NCBI GenBank assembly: GCA_003509845.1 | Contig: DOMR01000275.1 | Location: forward strand, 10,473 to 66,060 | Source: Chitinophagaceae bacterium | GTDB lineage: Bacteria > Bacteroidota > Bacteroidia > Chitinophagales > Chitinophagaceae | Reading direction: 5' to 3' | Length of the DNA: 55,588 nt | In this document: piece by piece, positions 19,801-29,497 of the stretch | Numbering within the stretch: position 1 is the first letter of the stretch | Layout: each line of letters opens with the position of its first letter | The notes under the pieces: model-generated | What the model was told of the DNA's origin: nothing | Database searches by the model: none | What the model saw: only the letters and a program-made list of their open reading frames with translations | Position numbers and translations under genes: made by a program

Positions 19801-19990
19801 TTTTATTCAGAAACTGAACCTGTCAATGGTGGGTAGAAATCTTGCGATACTCTACAGGGATATAAGCACAAGGGAACTGGGTATAGATCCTGAAGTAGGA
19901 CTTGGTTCGGGTGCTGCAGGTGTTGGTTTTGAAAATTTCCAGATTCCAACAGTAAGAAGTTTTGGTATTAATCTAAGAGCCAATTTCTAA
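16826..19990 (+). CDS. susC: SusC/RagA family TonB-dependent transporter
   Basis: N-terminal carboxypeptidase-regulatory-like domain, EVVVTALGI, plug motif [37 protein letters not shown], C-terminal Phe. Confidence 0.96.
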   Translation: [1054 protein letters not shown]

Positions 19991-20017
19991 TTTTTTAAAA
20001 AAGAAAAAAACTATATT

Positions 20018-21487
20018 ATGAAAAATATACTTAAAATAAAAGTGTCGATATTAGTTGGGATGCTGATATTTTTGACTGCTTGTACGAAAAGTTTTGACCA
20101 GATGAATATTAATCCCAATGTAGCTACTGTTGTTCCAGCAACGAATGTATTGGGTTCGTCTCAATTGATTTCAATGAGAACCTTATTTGGTACAAGATTG
20201 GATTGTTATTATGCTGGGGCCTATTCGGGTTATATTAGTGCTCCCGATTATGAGTATCGCGTGGATATCAACAACGATATGTGGAGGAGCATGTACTCTA
20301 CTTTGACCTTTGCAGAGGATGCGATGAGATTGGCAAAAAATGAATCAAATGATAACCTTTACGCTGCTGCTTTAACCTTCAAAGCGTATAACGCGCAAAA
20401 GACTACGGATATGTGGGGCAGTATTCCTTATTCGGAAGCTTTCAAATTGGAAAAGGGTATTATTTATCCAAAATATGACAGCCAAGAAAGTGTTTACAAT
20501 GCTATTTTAGCGGAATTAAAAATCGCTGCGGATTTATTTAGTGTAACTGGAAAACCTATTGGTCCCGGTGACTTCTTGCTAAATGGCAATATCGCCAAAT
20601 GGCAAAAATTTTGTAATTCATTGCGTCTAAGAGTTGCGGTTCGTATGTCATCTGCTGATGCTGTGAAAGCAACTGCAGTTATATTAGAGGTATTGGGAAA
20701 TCCTACCAAATATCCAATCATGACGACTAACACTGATAATGTATACTGGTACTTCCCGGGGGGTGCGCCTGACCAGGAAATTTGGTTTCAATCAATGGGT
20801 ACAGTAACCGGCGGTGTAAAACTTTCAGGATGGAGAATGCAGCAACCCATTATTGATGCGCTTCAAAATAATAATGACCCTAGACTTTCTATTTATGCTG
20901 ACAAAAATAGCCGGGGAAAGTATAGCGGACACAGGTTTGGACCTCTCGAGCTCTCCGATACGCTGAATAACAACTTTAACAGATCTCATATTGGTAACTG
21001 GTTTATGAATGATCCAAAGGGTTTTGTCCCTTATATGAACAGTGCAGAAGTATACTTCTGCCTTGCAGAAATTTATCAAAGAGGTTTGGCAACCGGAGTT
21101 GCAAAGACAGCTTATGAAACAGGAATTACCAGATCATGTGAGGAAAGTGGTAAAATAAATGCAGCCTCTATAGCCAGCTTCCTTACTCAGCCTGATGTGG
21201 CCTGGGGCAATAATACAGCAGCTAATCTCCAAAAAATTGCTTTACAAAAATGGATCTGTCTATTTAAGCAAAGCGTAGAAGGATGGTCTGAAGCAAGAAG
21301 GACAGATGTACCCCTTTTGTCGGGTGTTAGCGCAAGTTATGCAGTATCGCATAACCGTCCTCCATTTAGAATGGCCTATCCTGACGAGGAAAAAACATTC
21401 AACACCAATTTTCCATTCAGTGTGGTTGAAAAAGATATTTTTTACGGTACGCAGGTTTGGTGGGATAAAAGAACCAATGTAAAATAG
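20018..21487 (+). CDS. susD: SusD/RagB family lipoprotein (SusD-like)
   Basis: Lipobox LTAC, MNINPN, TDMWGSIPYSEA, PKYDSQESVY, WQKFCNSLRLR, IALQKW, VWWD; directly follows susC. Confidence 0.95.
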   Translation: MKNILKIKVSILVGMLIFLTACTKSFDQMNINPNVATVVPATNVLGSSQLISMRTLFGTRLDCYYAGAYSGYISAPDYEYRVDINNDMWRSMYSTLTFAEDAMRLAKNESNDNLYAAALTFKAYNAQKTTDMWGSIPYSEAFKLEKGIIYPKYDSQESVYNAILAELKIAADLFSVTGKPIGPGDFLLNGNIAKWQKFCNSLRLRVAVRMSSADAVKATAVILEVLGNPTKYPIMTTNTDNVYWYFPGGAPDQEIWFQSMGTVTGGVKLSGWRMQQPIIDALQNNNDPRLSIYADKNSRGKYSGHRFGPLELSDTLNNNFNRSHIGNWFMNDPKGFVPYMNSAEVYFCLAEIYQRGLATGVAKTAYETGITRSCEESGKINAASIASFLTQPDVAWGNNTAANLQKIALQKWICLFKQSVEGWSEARRTDVPLLSGVSASYAVSHNRPPFRMAYPDEEKTFNTNFPFSVVEKDIFYGTQVWWDKRTNVK

Positions 21488-21510
21488 ATTAATAAACAAC
21501 CTGATATCAA

Positions 21511-21556
21511 TGGATACAACTTTAGCAGTAAAGTTCTAAGTTCACTTAGATATCCA
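21511..21556 (+). other. Perfect three-way-junction inverted-repeat element in the susD1 3' region
   Basis: Outer stem TGGATA(21511-16)/TATCCA(21551-56) encloses AACTTTA-GCAG-TAAAGTT and CTAAG-TTCA-CTTAG. Confidence 0.5.
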
Positions 21557-21559
21557 ACC

Positions 21560-21602
21560 AAAGAAAAGAGTGCAAATTTAAAATGAGCACTCTTTTCTTT
21601 TT
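21560..21602 (+). terminator. Rho-independent terminator / stabilising hairpin after susD1
   Basis: Inverted repeat AAAGAAAAGAGTGC ... GCACTCTTTTCTTT followed by TT. Confidence 0.75.
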
Positions 21603-21670
21603 ACAGAAATAAATTATAAATTTCCTCTTTACTAAGATGATTGATTACTAAAAATTTTAAAAGCACTCCT

Positions 21671-24127
21671 ATGAAAAAAGTTGCCATTTTTTTTCTTTTT
21701 TTGACTTATTCAATGAATACAAGTTTCTGTCAGAATATCCCTATTCCAAATTCAATTAATGCAAAAGATTTTGATCCCTCAACATTATTGTGGTATAAAG
21801 CCCCTGCTTCCGTTTGGGAGGAAGCCATGCCAATAGGAAACGGCCGTTTAGGAGCAATGGTGTTCGGTAAAAATAGTGAAGAAAGAATTCAACTTAATGA
21901 AGAAACTTACTGGTCAGGTGGTCCTTATTCAACTGTAGTTAAAGGTGGGTATAAAGTGTTACCAGAAATTCAAAAGAATCTTTTTGAAGGAAACCCAATT
22001 AAAGCCCATAAGTTATTTGGTAGAAATCTTATGGGGTTTCCTGTTGAACAACAAAAATATCAGGCCCTGGCAAATATTATTCTCTCATTCAAAAATGAAA
22101 AGGAAGTAACTGATTATAAACGCTGGCTAGATTTGAAAACAGGAATTACTTCAGTGCAATACACTGCAAACGGTGTTACTTATAGTAGGGAAGTATTTTC
22201 ATCCGTTCCTGACCAGGTAATTGCTATTAGGCTTACTGCTGATAAACCAGGAAGTATTTCTTTTACGGCGCAATTGAGAGGAGAAAGAAATGGGGCTCAT
22301 TCAAACTATGCAACCGATTATTTCAGGATGGATGGCGCGGGTAATGATGAACTGGTACTTACTGGAAAATCAGCCGACTATATGGGCATTGAAGGGAAAG
22401 TACGTTATGAAGCAAAATTAAAAGCGGTACCGGAAGGCGGCGTCATGAAGCTGGATGATGCTACCTTGGTTATTGAAAATGCTAACTCAGTTACCTTGTT
22501 TTTTGTTGCAGCAACGAATTTCATTAATTATAAAGATGTGAGTGGTGACCATCATGCAAAAGTGGAAACCTATTTAAAAGGAATAGAGGGTAAACCATAT
22601 AATAATATCAAGAATGCGGCCGTGAAGGATTATAAATCCCTTTTTGACAGGGCTACTTTAACCCTGCCATCAACTCAAAATTCATTTCTTCCGACAAATG
22701 AAAGATTAAAAAAAATTACCAATGAATCTGACCCTCAGCTGGCTTCTCTTTGTTATCAGTTTGGCCGTTATCTTCTAATATCTTCTTCACGACCAGGAAC
22801 ACAGCCTGCAAACCTGCAAGGCATATGGAATAAGGATATGAACCCTTCATGGGATTCAAAATATACCACGAATATCAATACTGAAATGAACTACTGGCCA
22901 GCTGAAGCAGCCAATTTATCTGAATTAACTGAACCACTGGTTAAAATGGTAAAAGAACTTACGGATCAGGGCAGTCAGGTTGCCAAAGAACATTACGGGG
23001 CAAGAGGATGGGTGCTTCACCAGAACACAGATATCTGGAGAGTGGCAGCACCCATGGATGGTCCAACCTGGGGTACATTTACGGTGGGTGGAGCCTGGCT
23101 AACAACGAATCTATGGGAACATTATCTATATACGTTGAATAAGGATTATCTAAAAGATATATATCCAGTAATGAAAGGTTCCGTGGAGTTTTTTATGGAC
23201 TTTTTGATTGAACATCCGAATGGCAAATGGTTAATAACAAATCCATCCACTTCACCTGAAAATCCGCCCAAGGGTCCAGGGTACAAGTATTTCTTTGACG
23301 AAGTAACAGCAAGTTATTATTTTACTACTATCTGTTTCGGATCCGCAATGGATATGCAAATTCTGACTGATCTTTTTGGATATTATTCCAAAGCATCAAA
23401 TATACTGGGCGTTGATCAGGAATTTGCAGCAAAGGTTACTAAAGCAAGAGCACGTCTCGTTCCACCCCAGATAGGTTCTAACGGATCATTGCAGGAGTGG
23501 GCTGATGATCTTGAACAGATGGAAGATAAACACAGACATTTTTCTCATCTGTATGGCCTTTACCCAGGAAATGTTATTTCAGCAAAAAGAACACCTGAAT
23601 TGGTTGTTCCGGTTAAAAAAGTGCTTGAACAAAGAGGTGACGGAGGCACGGGCTTCTCAAGAGCTTGGAAAATGAGTCTTTGGGCACGCTTGAACGATGG
23701 CAATAAGGCCAACGAAATTTTTAAGGGCTATATTAAAGATCAATGCTATCCCTCACTATTTGCAAAATGTTTTACGCCACTGCAGGTGGATGGAAGTTTT
23801 GGCGTTACTGCAGGAATATCGGAGATGTTGATCCAATCGAATGAAGAAACAATTGAACTATTACCAGCGCTCCCAGATGAATGGTCATCTGGATCATTTA
23901 ATGGAGTTTGTGCAAGGGGCGCCTTCGAATTAAATCTTGCTTGGAACGATAAAATAATTAATGAAGTAGCTATCTTATCAAAGGAAGGCCAATATTGCCG
24001 CATAAAGGCAGGATCGCTTAATAACGTTTCTTGTAATGGTAAAAAAATTAAATTAACCAATTATCCCGACGGTTCCATTGGCTTTCCAACTGTACAAGGA
24101 AATTCTTACAAATTGGGAAAAACCTAG
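21671..24127 (+). CDS. GH95 alpha-L-fucosidase / alpha-L-galactosidase
   Basis: LWYKAPA..WEEAMPIGNGRLGAM, QFGRYLLISSSR, PANLQGIWN, YTTNINTEMNYWPAE, HRHFSHLYGLYPG, QVDGSFG. The ATG at 21671 (MKKVAIFF signal peptide) is preferred over the TTG at 21641. Confidence 0.94.
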   Translation: MKKVAIFFLFLTYSMNTSFCQNIPIPNSINAKDFDPSTLLWYKAPASVWEEAMPIGNGRLGAMVFGKNSEERIQLNEETYWSGGPYSTVVKGGYKVLPEIQKNLFEGNPIKAHKLFGRNLMGFPVEQQKYQALANIILSFKNEKEVTDYKRWLDLKTGITSVQYTANGVTYSREVFSSVPDQVIAIRLTADKPGSISFTAQLRGERNGAHSNYATDYFRMDGAGNDELVLTGKSADYMGIEGKVRYEAKLKAVPEGGVMKLDDATLVIENANSVTLFFVAATNFINYKDVSGDHHAKVETYLKGIEGKPYNNIKNAAVKDYKSLFDRATLTLPSTQNSFLPTNERLKKITNESDPQLASLCYQFGRYLLISSSRPGTQPANLQGIWNKDMNPSWDSKYTTNINTEMNYWPAEAANLSELTEPLVKMVKELTDQGSQVAKEHYGARGWVLHQNTDIWRVAAPMDGPTWGTFTVGGAWLTTNLWEHYLYTLNKDYLKDIYPVMKGSVEFFMDFLIEHPNGKWLITNPSTSPENPPKGPGYKYFFDEVTASYYFTTICFGSAMDMQILTDLFGYYSKASNILGVDQEFAAKVTKARARLVPPQIGSNGSLQEWADDLEQMEDKHRHFSHLYGLYPGNVISAKRTPELVVPVKKVLEQRGDGGTGFSRAWKMSLWARLNDGNKANEIFKGYIKDQCYPSLFAKCFTPLQVDGSFGVTAGISEMLIQSNEETIELLPALPDEWSSGSFNGVCARGAFELNLAWNDKIINEVAILSKEGQYCRIKAGSLNNVSCNGKKIKLTNYPDGSIGFPTVQGNSYKLGKT

Positions 24128-24186
24128 CAATTTTGATAGCATCGAAATCACCTAGAATATAAAATGTAATAAGAAAATATTAGCAA

Positions 24187-26148
24187 ATGAAAATATCTCC
24201 TTTTTTTATTTACCCGTTAATGATAGCTTGTGCTATTTCAAAATCTGATGCACAAGTTGCTTTTCAAAACAGAGAGTCAATTAACTTCAGTCAAGTTAAG
24301 ATCACCGACAAATTTTGGAATTCACGTATTAATGCCGTAACAAATATTAGTATTCCAGTTTGTATTGATCAAACTGAATTTAAGACCGGACGTATTCGAA
24401 ATTTCGAAAAAGTTGCTGCTAAAAAAGGTGGAAGTCATGAAGGTATTTATTACGATGATTCAGATGTATATAAAGCTTTGGAAGCAATATCATATTCATT
24501 AAGTAATCACCCTGATCCAATATTAGAAAAAAAAGCGGAAGAATGGATTGATAAAATTGCTGCAGCGCAATTGCCGGATGGCTATTTAAATACTTACTAT
24601 ACATTAGTAGATATTTCAAAACGTTGGACTGATATGGATAAGCACGAAGATTATTGTGCAGGACATTTGATAGAAGCAGCCATCGCTTATTTCAACGCCA
24701 CAGGTAAACGAAAATTATTGGATGTTGCCATCCGTTTTGCCAATCACATTGATGCAACTTTTCGATTACAAAATAGGCATTGGGTTTCGGGACACCAGGG
24801 GATTGAACTGGCACTCGTAAAGCTTTACAAAACAACTGGAAATAAAAATTATCTCGACTTATCAGACTGGTATCTTGAGCAGCGAGGGCATGGTTATTTT
24901 GATAAAAAACTTGGTAGTAAAGATTATTGTCAGAACAGATTGCCACTGCGGGAGGAAACTGAAATTTCAGGTCATGCAGTTCGTGCGATGTATTTATTCA
25001 CCGGAGCTGCTGATGTGGCTGCAGCAAAAAATGATGCAGGATATTTGAAAGCTATCAAACAAATATGGGAAGATGTAGTTTATCGTAACATGTATATTAC
25101 TGGCGGCATTGGTTCATCAGGAAGAAACGAAGGTTTTACTGTTGATTATGATTTACCTAACGAAGCGGCCTATTGTGAAACATGTGCATCGGTAGGTATG
25201 GTATTCTGGAATCAACGAATGAACTTACTTACAGGAGAAAGTAAATATATTGACGTGCTTGAAAGAAGTCTTTACAATGGCGCTTTGGATGGCTTATCAT
25301 TAAAGGGGGATCTTTTTTTCTACGAAAATCCATTAGCATCAGGAGGCGACCTTTCACGGAGTGAATGGTTTGGAACTGCTTGTTGTCCATCCAATATTGC
25401 ACGATTGGTTGAATCAGTAGGTAATTATATTTATACTAAATCAAATGATGCATTATGGGTTAATCTATTTGTTGGCAGCACTGCATCCTTTGTCATCAAA
25501 GAGCAGAAAGTGGCGTTAAAACAGTTCACGAATTACCCTTGGGATGGTACTATTTCAATCGCCGTTGATCCTGATAAAATTACTGAATTTGAACTATATG
25601 TTCGAATTCCAGGTTGGGCTAATAATCAACCAGTGCCTGGAGATACGTATCGGTATTTGACTAACTCTTCAGAAAAATTTTCGATTTTAGTCAATGACAT
25701 TCCTGCTATCTTTAAAATGGAAAATGGTTATGCGGTTATTAATAAAAATTGGAAAAAAGGAGATGTGGTTAAATTAAATTTACCAATGCCTGTTCGCAGG
25801 ATTGTTGCTATTGAAAATGTGAAGGATAATCAAAATCGTGTTGCACTGCAAAGAGGTCCACTCGTATATTGTTTTGAACATTCAGATAATGATGGAAAAG
25901 TAATGGATATTGTACTACCGGATAAAGCTATTTTTAAAACAGCATTTAATGCTGCCCTATTGGATGGAATTGTTTCGATTCAGACCCAGGCACCTGTCGC
26001 GAAAATTTCTGCAGGAGGATTAACAGTTAATTCTGTCAATAGAAAAATAACTGCGATCCCCTATTTCACTTGGGCTAATCGTGGTAAAGGACAGATGCAA
26101 GTTTGGGTACCAAGAAAAATTACCAATGTTAGCTTATCGTCAAAATAA
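24187..26148 (+). CDS. GH127 cysteine glycosidase (beta-L-arabinofuranosidase family)
   Basis: DSDVYKALEA, YCAGHLIEAA, GHAVRAMY, NEGF, YCETCAS, CCPSN (Zn-binding/Cys nucleophile motifs), AIPYFTWANRG. Confidence 0.93.
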   Translation: MKISPFFIYPLMIACAISKSDAQVAFQNRESINFSQVKITDKFWNSRINAVTNISIPVCIDQTEFKTGRIRNFEKVAAKKGGSHEGIYYDDSDVYKALEAISYSLSNHPDPILEKKAEEWIDKIAAAQLPDGYLNTYYTLVDISKRWTDMDKHEDYCAGHLIEAAIAYFNATGKRKLLDVAIRFANHIDATFRLQNRHWVSGHQGIELALVKLYKTTGNKNYLDLSDWYLEQRGHGYFDKKLGSKDYCQNRLPLREETEISGHAVRAMYLFTGAADVAAAKNDAGYLKAIKQIWEDVVYRNMYITGGIGSSGRNEGFTVDYDLPNEAAYCETCASVGMVFWNQRMNLLTGESKYIDVLERSLYNGALDGLSLKGDLFFYENPLASGGDLSRSEWFGTACCPSNIARLVESVGNYIYTKSNDALWVNLFVGSTASFVIKEQKVALKQFTNYPWDGTISIAVDPDKITEFELYVRIPGWANNQPVPGDTYRYLTNSSEKFSILVNDIPAIFKMENGYAVINKNWKKGDVVKLNLPMPVRRIVAIENVKDNQNRVALQRGPLVYCFEHSDNDGKVMDIVLPDKAIFKTAFNAALLDGIVSIQTQAPVAKISAGGLTVNSVNRKITAIPYFTWANRGKGQMQVWVPRKITNVSLSSK

Positions 26149-26220
26149 CACTGCTTTTTATTCCCCTAGTATGAATAAAAATTCAGTATTTGCTCCAGAT
26201 TCCATATGGGATTTAATTCT

Positions 26221-26288
26221 TTGATTAATATCGGACAATATTTGATTAATAAATAGAAAGTGTAAAATAGGGTATTCAAGTAGATTTG
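26221..26288 (+). promoter_or_regulatory. Direct-repeat operator (TTGATTAAT x2, 21-bp period) plus -7 promoter element TAGATTTG upstream of the symporter
   Basis: TTGATTAA at 26221 and 26242. A perfect TAnnTTTG lies at 26281-26288, 39 bp after the start of the second repeat, as at susC1. Confidence 0.68.
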
Positions 26289-26418
26289 GTTTCAGAAAAT
26301 AGGGAATGAATGAATAGCATTTTATCTTGCTAATAAATTCATGGTAACCCTAATAGAATACATCGTTACCTTTTATCGATTTAAATTAGAAATTACAATT
26401 AATTTATAAATAAAAAAC

Positions 26419-28065
26419 GTGAAAAATATACATTTACCCACTCTAGATTTAATCATTATTGTTGTATACATTATTGGTATTTTAATAGTAGGTCTTAGGT
26501 ATGCAAATAAAAAAAACGAGACCTCCGATGGATTTTTTCTAGCCAACAGAGGTTTGAAATGGGGAATAATTGGGGCCTCCCTTTTTGCATCCAATATTTC
26601 TACCATTCACCTAATAGGATTAGCTGCTGGTGGTTACACAGAAGGATTAGTATGGGGTAATTTTGAATGGTTAGCAACGATCACACTTATTCTATTATCG
26701 CTCGTATTTGCACCATTGTATTTTAAAAATAAAGTGGCAACCCTTCCCGAATTCATAGAAAAACGTTACTGCAAGAATTCAAGAACAGTACTCGCTTTTA
26801 TTGGGATTATTGGCGCATTATTTGTCCATATTGGAATGAGTTTATATGCCGGGGCTGTTGTTTTCGAAAGTTTTTTTGGAATTAGTGTTGTTTGGTCTAT
26901 CACACTCATCTCTCTCATCACAACCATATACACTGTATTAGGAGGTTTAAAAGCAGTAGTAATCACTGAATCAATACAAACTGTTATTCTTTTTGCAGGT
27001 ACTATTTTATTGACTGGCTATGCAATTTCAGCGTTGGGTGACCATGGTATTCATTCATTGGCAGCGTTTAAACAAGCAATAAAACCAGGACAATTAAGTA
27101 TTTTACATACCAATGAATCCATCAATGCCCTATCACCAAAAGGGGCTTCATCGGGTTTAACATGGTATGCCTGTTTATTGGGCTATCCTGTTTTAGGAAT
27201 ATGGTATTGGTGTAGCGATCAAACACATGTGCAAAGAGTTTTAGGTGCAGCGACATTAAGAGATGCCAAACTGGGCCCACTTTTTGCAGGATTTTTGAAA
27301 TTATTCCCAGTTTTTATTCTCATATTACCCGGCATTATTGGGTATGCCCTATTCAGAAATGAAATTGGTGAGAATGCCAATCAAACATTTCCCTATTTAG
27401 TCAATACATTATTACCCACAGGAATAAAAGGTATTGTGTCAGCAGCTTTATTAGCGGCTTTAATGAGTAATATAGCTGCGGCTTTAAATAGTATAGGCAC
27501 TTTAGCTGCTTTCGATATTGCGCAGCGTATAAAGCCAAATTTGAGTGACAAGTCACTAATTAAAACTGGTAGAATTGCTTCCATTATAGTAATGATTTTA
27601 GCTATGATTTGGAGCACCCAAGGTGGAAAATTCACCAGCATATTTGAGGCAATCAATCGAATAGCAGCTGCATTAGCACCCCCAATATCTACTGTTTTAG
27701 TTTTTGGTGTTTTATCACATCGAGGCACTAAACAAGCTTCAATTATTACTTTAATTATTGGATTTGTGTTAGGGGTTACTGCTTTTTGTTTAGATTACCC
27801 AAGTATTAGTGGTGGAATGATTATTACAGATGGACTAGGTATACCATTTATGATGCAGGCTTGGTGGTTGTTTTGCATCTGCTCAGTAATATATTGGATC
27901 GTCAGTTTTATGACTCCCATCCCCGATAAGGAAATCATTAAAGAACTCGTGTGGGAGAAACCTTCCTATATTCTAAAAGGAGAAATTAAAGGATGGAGTG
28001 ATGCAAGATTAGTTGCTTGTTATCTTCTGATAACACTTATTTTATTTTACATGTTTTTTGCTTAA
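26419..28065 (+). CDS. Sodium:solute symporter (SSS/SLC5 family), probable sugar importer
   Basis: Highly hydrophobic; FFLANRGL, GASLFASNIS, GGLKAVVITE, WYWCSDQTHVQRVLGA; GTG start. Confidence 0.92.
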   Translation: MKNIHLPTLDLIIIVVYIIGILIVGLRYANKKNETSDGFFLANRGLKWGIIGASLFASNISTIHLIGLAAGGYTEGLVWGNFEWLATITLILLSLVFAPLYFKNKVATLPEFIEKRYCKNSRTVLAFIGIIGALFVHIGMSLYAGAVVFESFFGISVVWSITLISLITTIYTVLGGLKAVVITESIQTVILFAGTILLTGYAISALGDHGIHSLAAFKQAIKPGQLSILHTNESINALSPKGASSGLTWYACLLGYPVLGIWYWCSDQTHVQRVLGAATLRDAKLGPLFAGFLKLFPVFILILPGIIGYALFRNEIGENANQTFPYLVNTLLPTGIKGIVSAALLAALMSNIAAALNSIGTLAAFDIAQRIKPNLSDKSLIKTGRIASIIVMILAMIWSTQGGKFTSIFEAINRIAAALAPPISTVLVFGVLSHRGTKQASIITLIIGFVLGVTAFCLDYPSISGGMIITDGLGIPFMMQAWWLFCICSVIYWIVSFMTPIPDKEIIKELVWEKPSYILKGEIKGWSDARLVACYLLITLILFYMFFA

Positions 28066-28078
28066 TAAAATCATTTGT

Positions 28079-29497
28079 ATGAAAAAGAAAGTCATTTCGA
28101 TATTTTTATCTGTATTTATTTTTTTTACAACGCAGGCCCAAAACTTATTGAAAAGTCCAAATATTGTTATTTTCTATATGGACGATATGGGTTATGCAGA
28201 CATGACGATTACCGGTGCCATTGGTTACAGAACACCGAATTTAGATCGTTTAGCGCATGACGGAGCGCTTTTTACACAATACTATAGCCCTGCTCCAGTC
28301 TGTTCTGCATCTCGAGCTGGATTATTAACAGGGTGTTATCCTGCAAGAGTTGGAATTACAGGTGTTCTTTTTCCAAATAGTAAAAAAGGGTTAAACCCAG
28401 CGGAAGAAATAATTCCCGAATTGCTAAAGAAAAAAAAATACACTTCCTGTGCAATTGGAAAATGGCACTTAGGCGATAATGATAAATTCATGCCAATGCA
28501 GCAAGGGTTTGACGAATATTATGGACTGCCTTATTCAAATGATATGTGGCCATTCGGAAATGCGAAGCGAGGAGAAAAAACACCTTCAGTTACACAAACA
28601 GATCCACCATTATGGTTATATGAAGGAAATAAAAAAGTGCAAGAAATAAAGACAGCGGATGACATGGATATGCTGACTTCTCAATATACGCAAAGGGCAG
28701 TTTCATTTATTAAACAAAATAAGAATAACCCTTTTTTCTTATACATTGCCCATACAATGCCTCATATTCCTCTTGCAGTATCCGCTAAGTTTAAAGGAAA
28801 GAGCGAGCTAGGTGAGTATGGAGATATTATGATGGAGATTGATTGGAGCGTTGGAGAAATTGTAAAAACACTAAAAGCAATTGGAGCTACTAATAATACA
28901 TTAATCATATTTACATCTGATAATGGACCTTGGATTAGTTATGGTGATCATGCTGGGGCATCAGGCGCTTTTAGAGAAGGAAAATTTACTGTATTTGAGG
29001 GTGGGCAAAAAGTGCCTTGCATTATGAAATGGCCTGATGTTATCCCAAAAGGCACGATTTGTAATAGGTTAGCTTCATCAGTTGATATTCTTCCAACATT
29101 AGTTGACATAGCTAGTGCTAACTTACCAGTAAATAAAATAGATGGAGTGAGTCTCTTACCAATTTTAAAAGGAGATGTTTTATCAGAACCAAGAAAATTA
29201 TTTTTATACAATGAGCTAAAAGCTATTCGAGATAATCGTTTTAAATTAGTGATGCCTCAAAAATATACTTCAAATATGGGTACCTTACCCAATGATGGAG
29301 GAAAAGATGCTAAAACTTTTAAGGGTGAAACTGATTTTGCGCTTTATGATTTGAGGCGCGACGCAGGAGAACGTTATAATGTATTTGAAAAATATCCAGC
29401 AGTAGTTGAAAGATTACAAAAAGCAATGAATCAATACAAAACTGAGTTAGGTGAAAATGGATATGGTCTAAGAGTTGTTGGGCAAATAATAAAATAA
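28079..29497 (+). CDS. Arylsulfatase A-like sulfatase, S1 family (Cys-type)
   Basis: PNIVIFYMDDMGYAD, CSASRAGLLTG, GKWHLG, GLPYSNDM, HTMPHIP, TSDNGPW. The ATG at 28079 (MKKKVIS) is preferred over the TTG at 28058. Confidence 0.93.
   Translation: MKKKVISIFLSVFIFFTTQAQNLLKSPNIVIFYMDDMGYADMTITGAIGYRTPNLDRLAHDGALFTQYYSPAPVCSASRAGLLTGCYPARVGITGVLFPNSKKGLNPAEEIIPELLKKKKYTSCAIGKWHLGDNDKFMPMQQGFDEYYGLPYSNDMWPFGNAKRGEKTPSVTQTDPPLWLYEGNKKVQEIKTADDMDMLTSQYTQRAVSFIKQNKNNPFFLYIAHTMPHIPLAVSAKFKGKSELGEYGDIMMEIDWSVGEIVKTLKAIGATNNTLIIFTSDNGPWISYGDHAGASGAFREGKFTVFEGGQKVPCIMKWPDVIPKGTICNRLASSVDILPTLVDIASANLPVNKIDGVSLLPILKGDVLSEPRKLFLYNELKAIRDNRFKLVMPQKYTSNMGTLPNDGGKDAKTFKGETDFALYDLRRDAGERYNVFEKYPAVVERLQKAMNQYKTELGENGYGLRVVGQIIK

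Noticed and set aside
21501..21556. Hammerhead ribozyme reading of the three-way junction (CTGAT nearby)
   Set aside because: The CUGAnGA and GAAA core sequences are absent from the junction, which has almost no unpaired residues.
16355..26370. TCATGGTAACC shared at 16355 and 26339, and a GGTAAC...GTTACC inverted repeat at 26343-26370
   Set aside because: The two copies lie in opposite orientation relative to their nearest genes and only one has the palindromic partner. Too weak to call a second operator.
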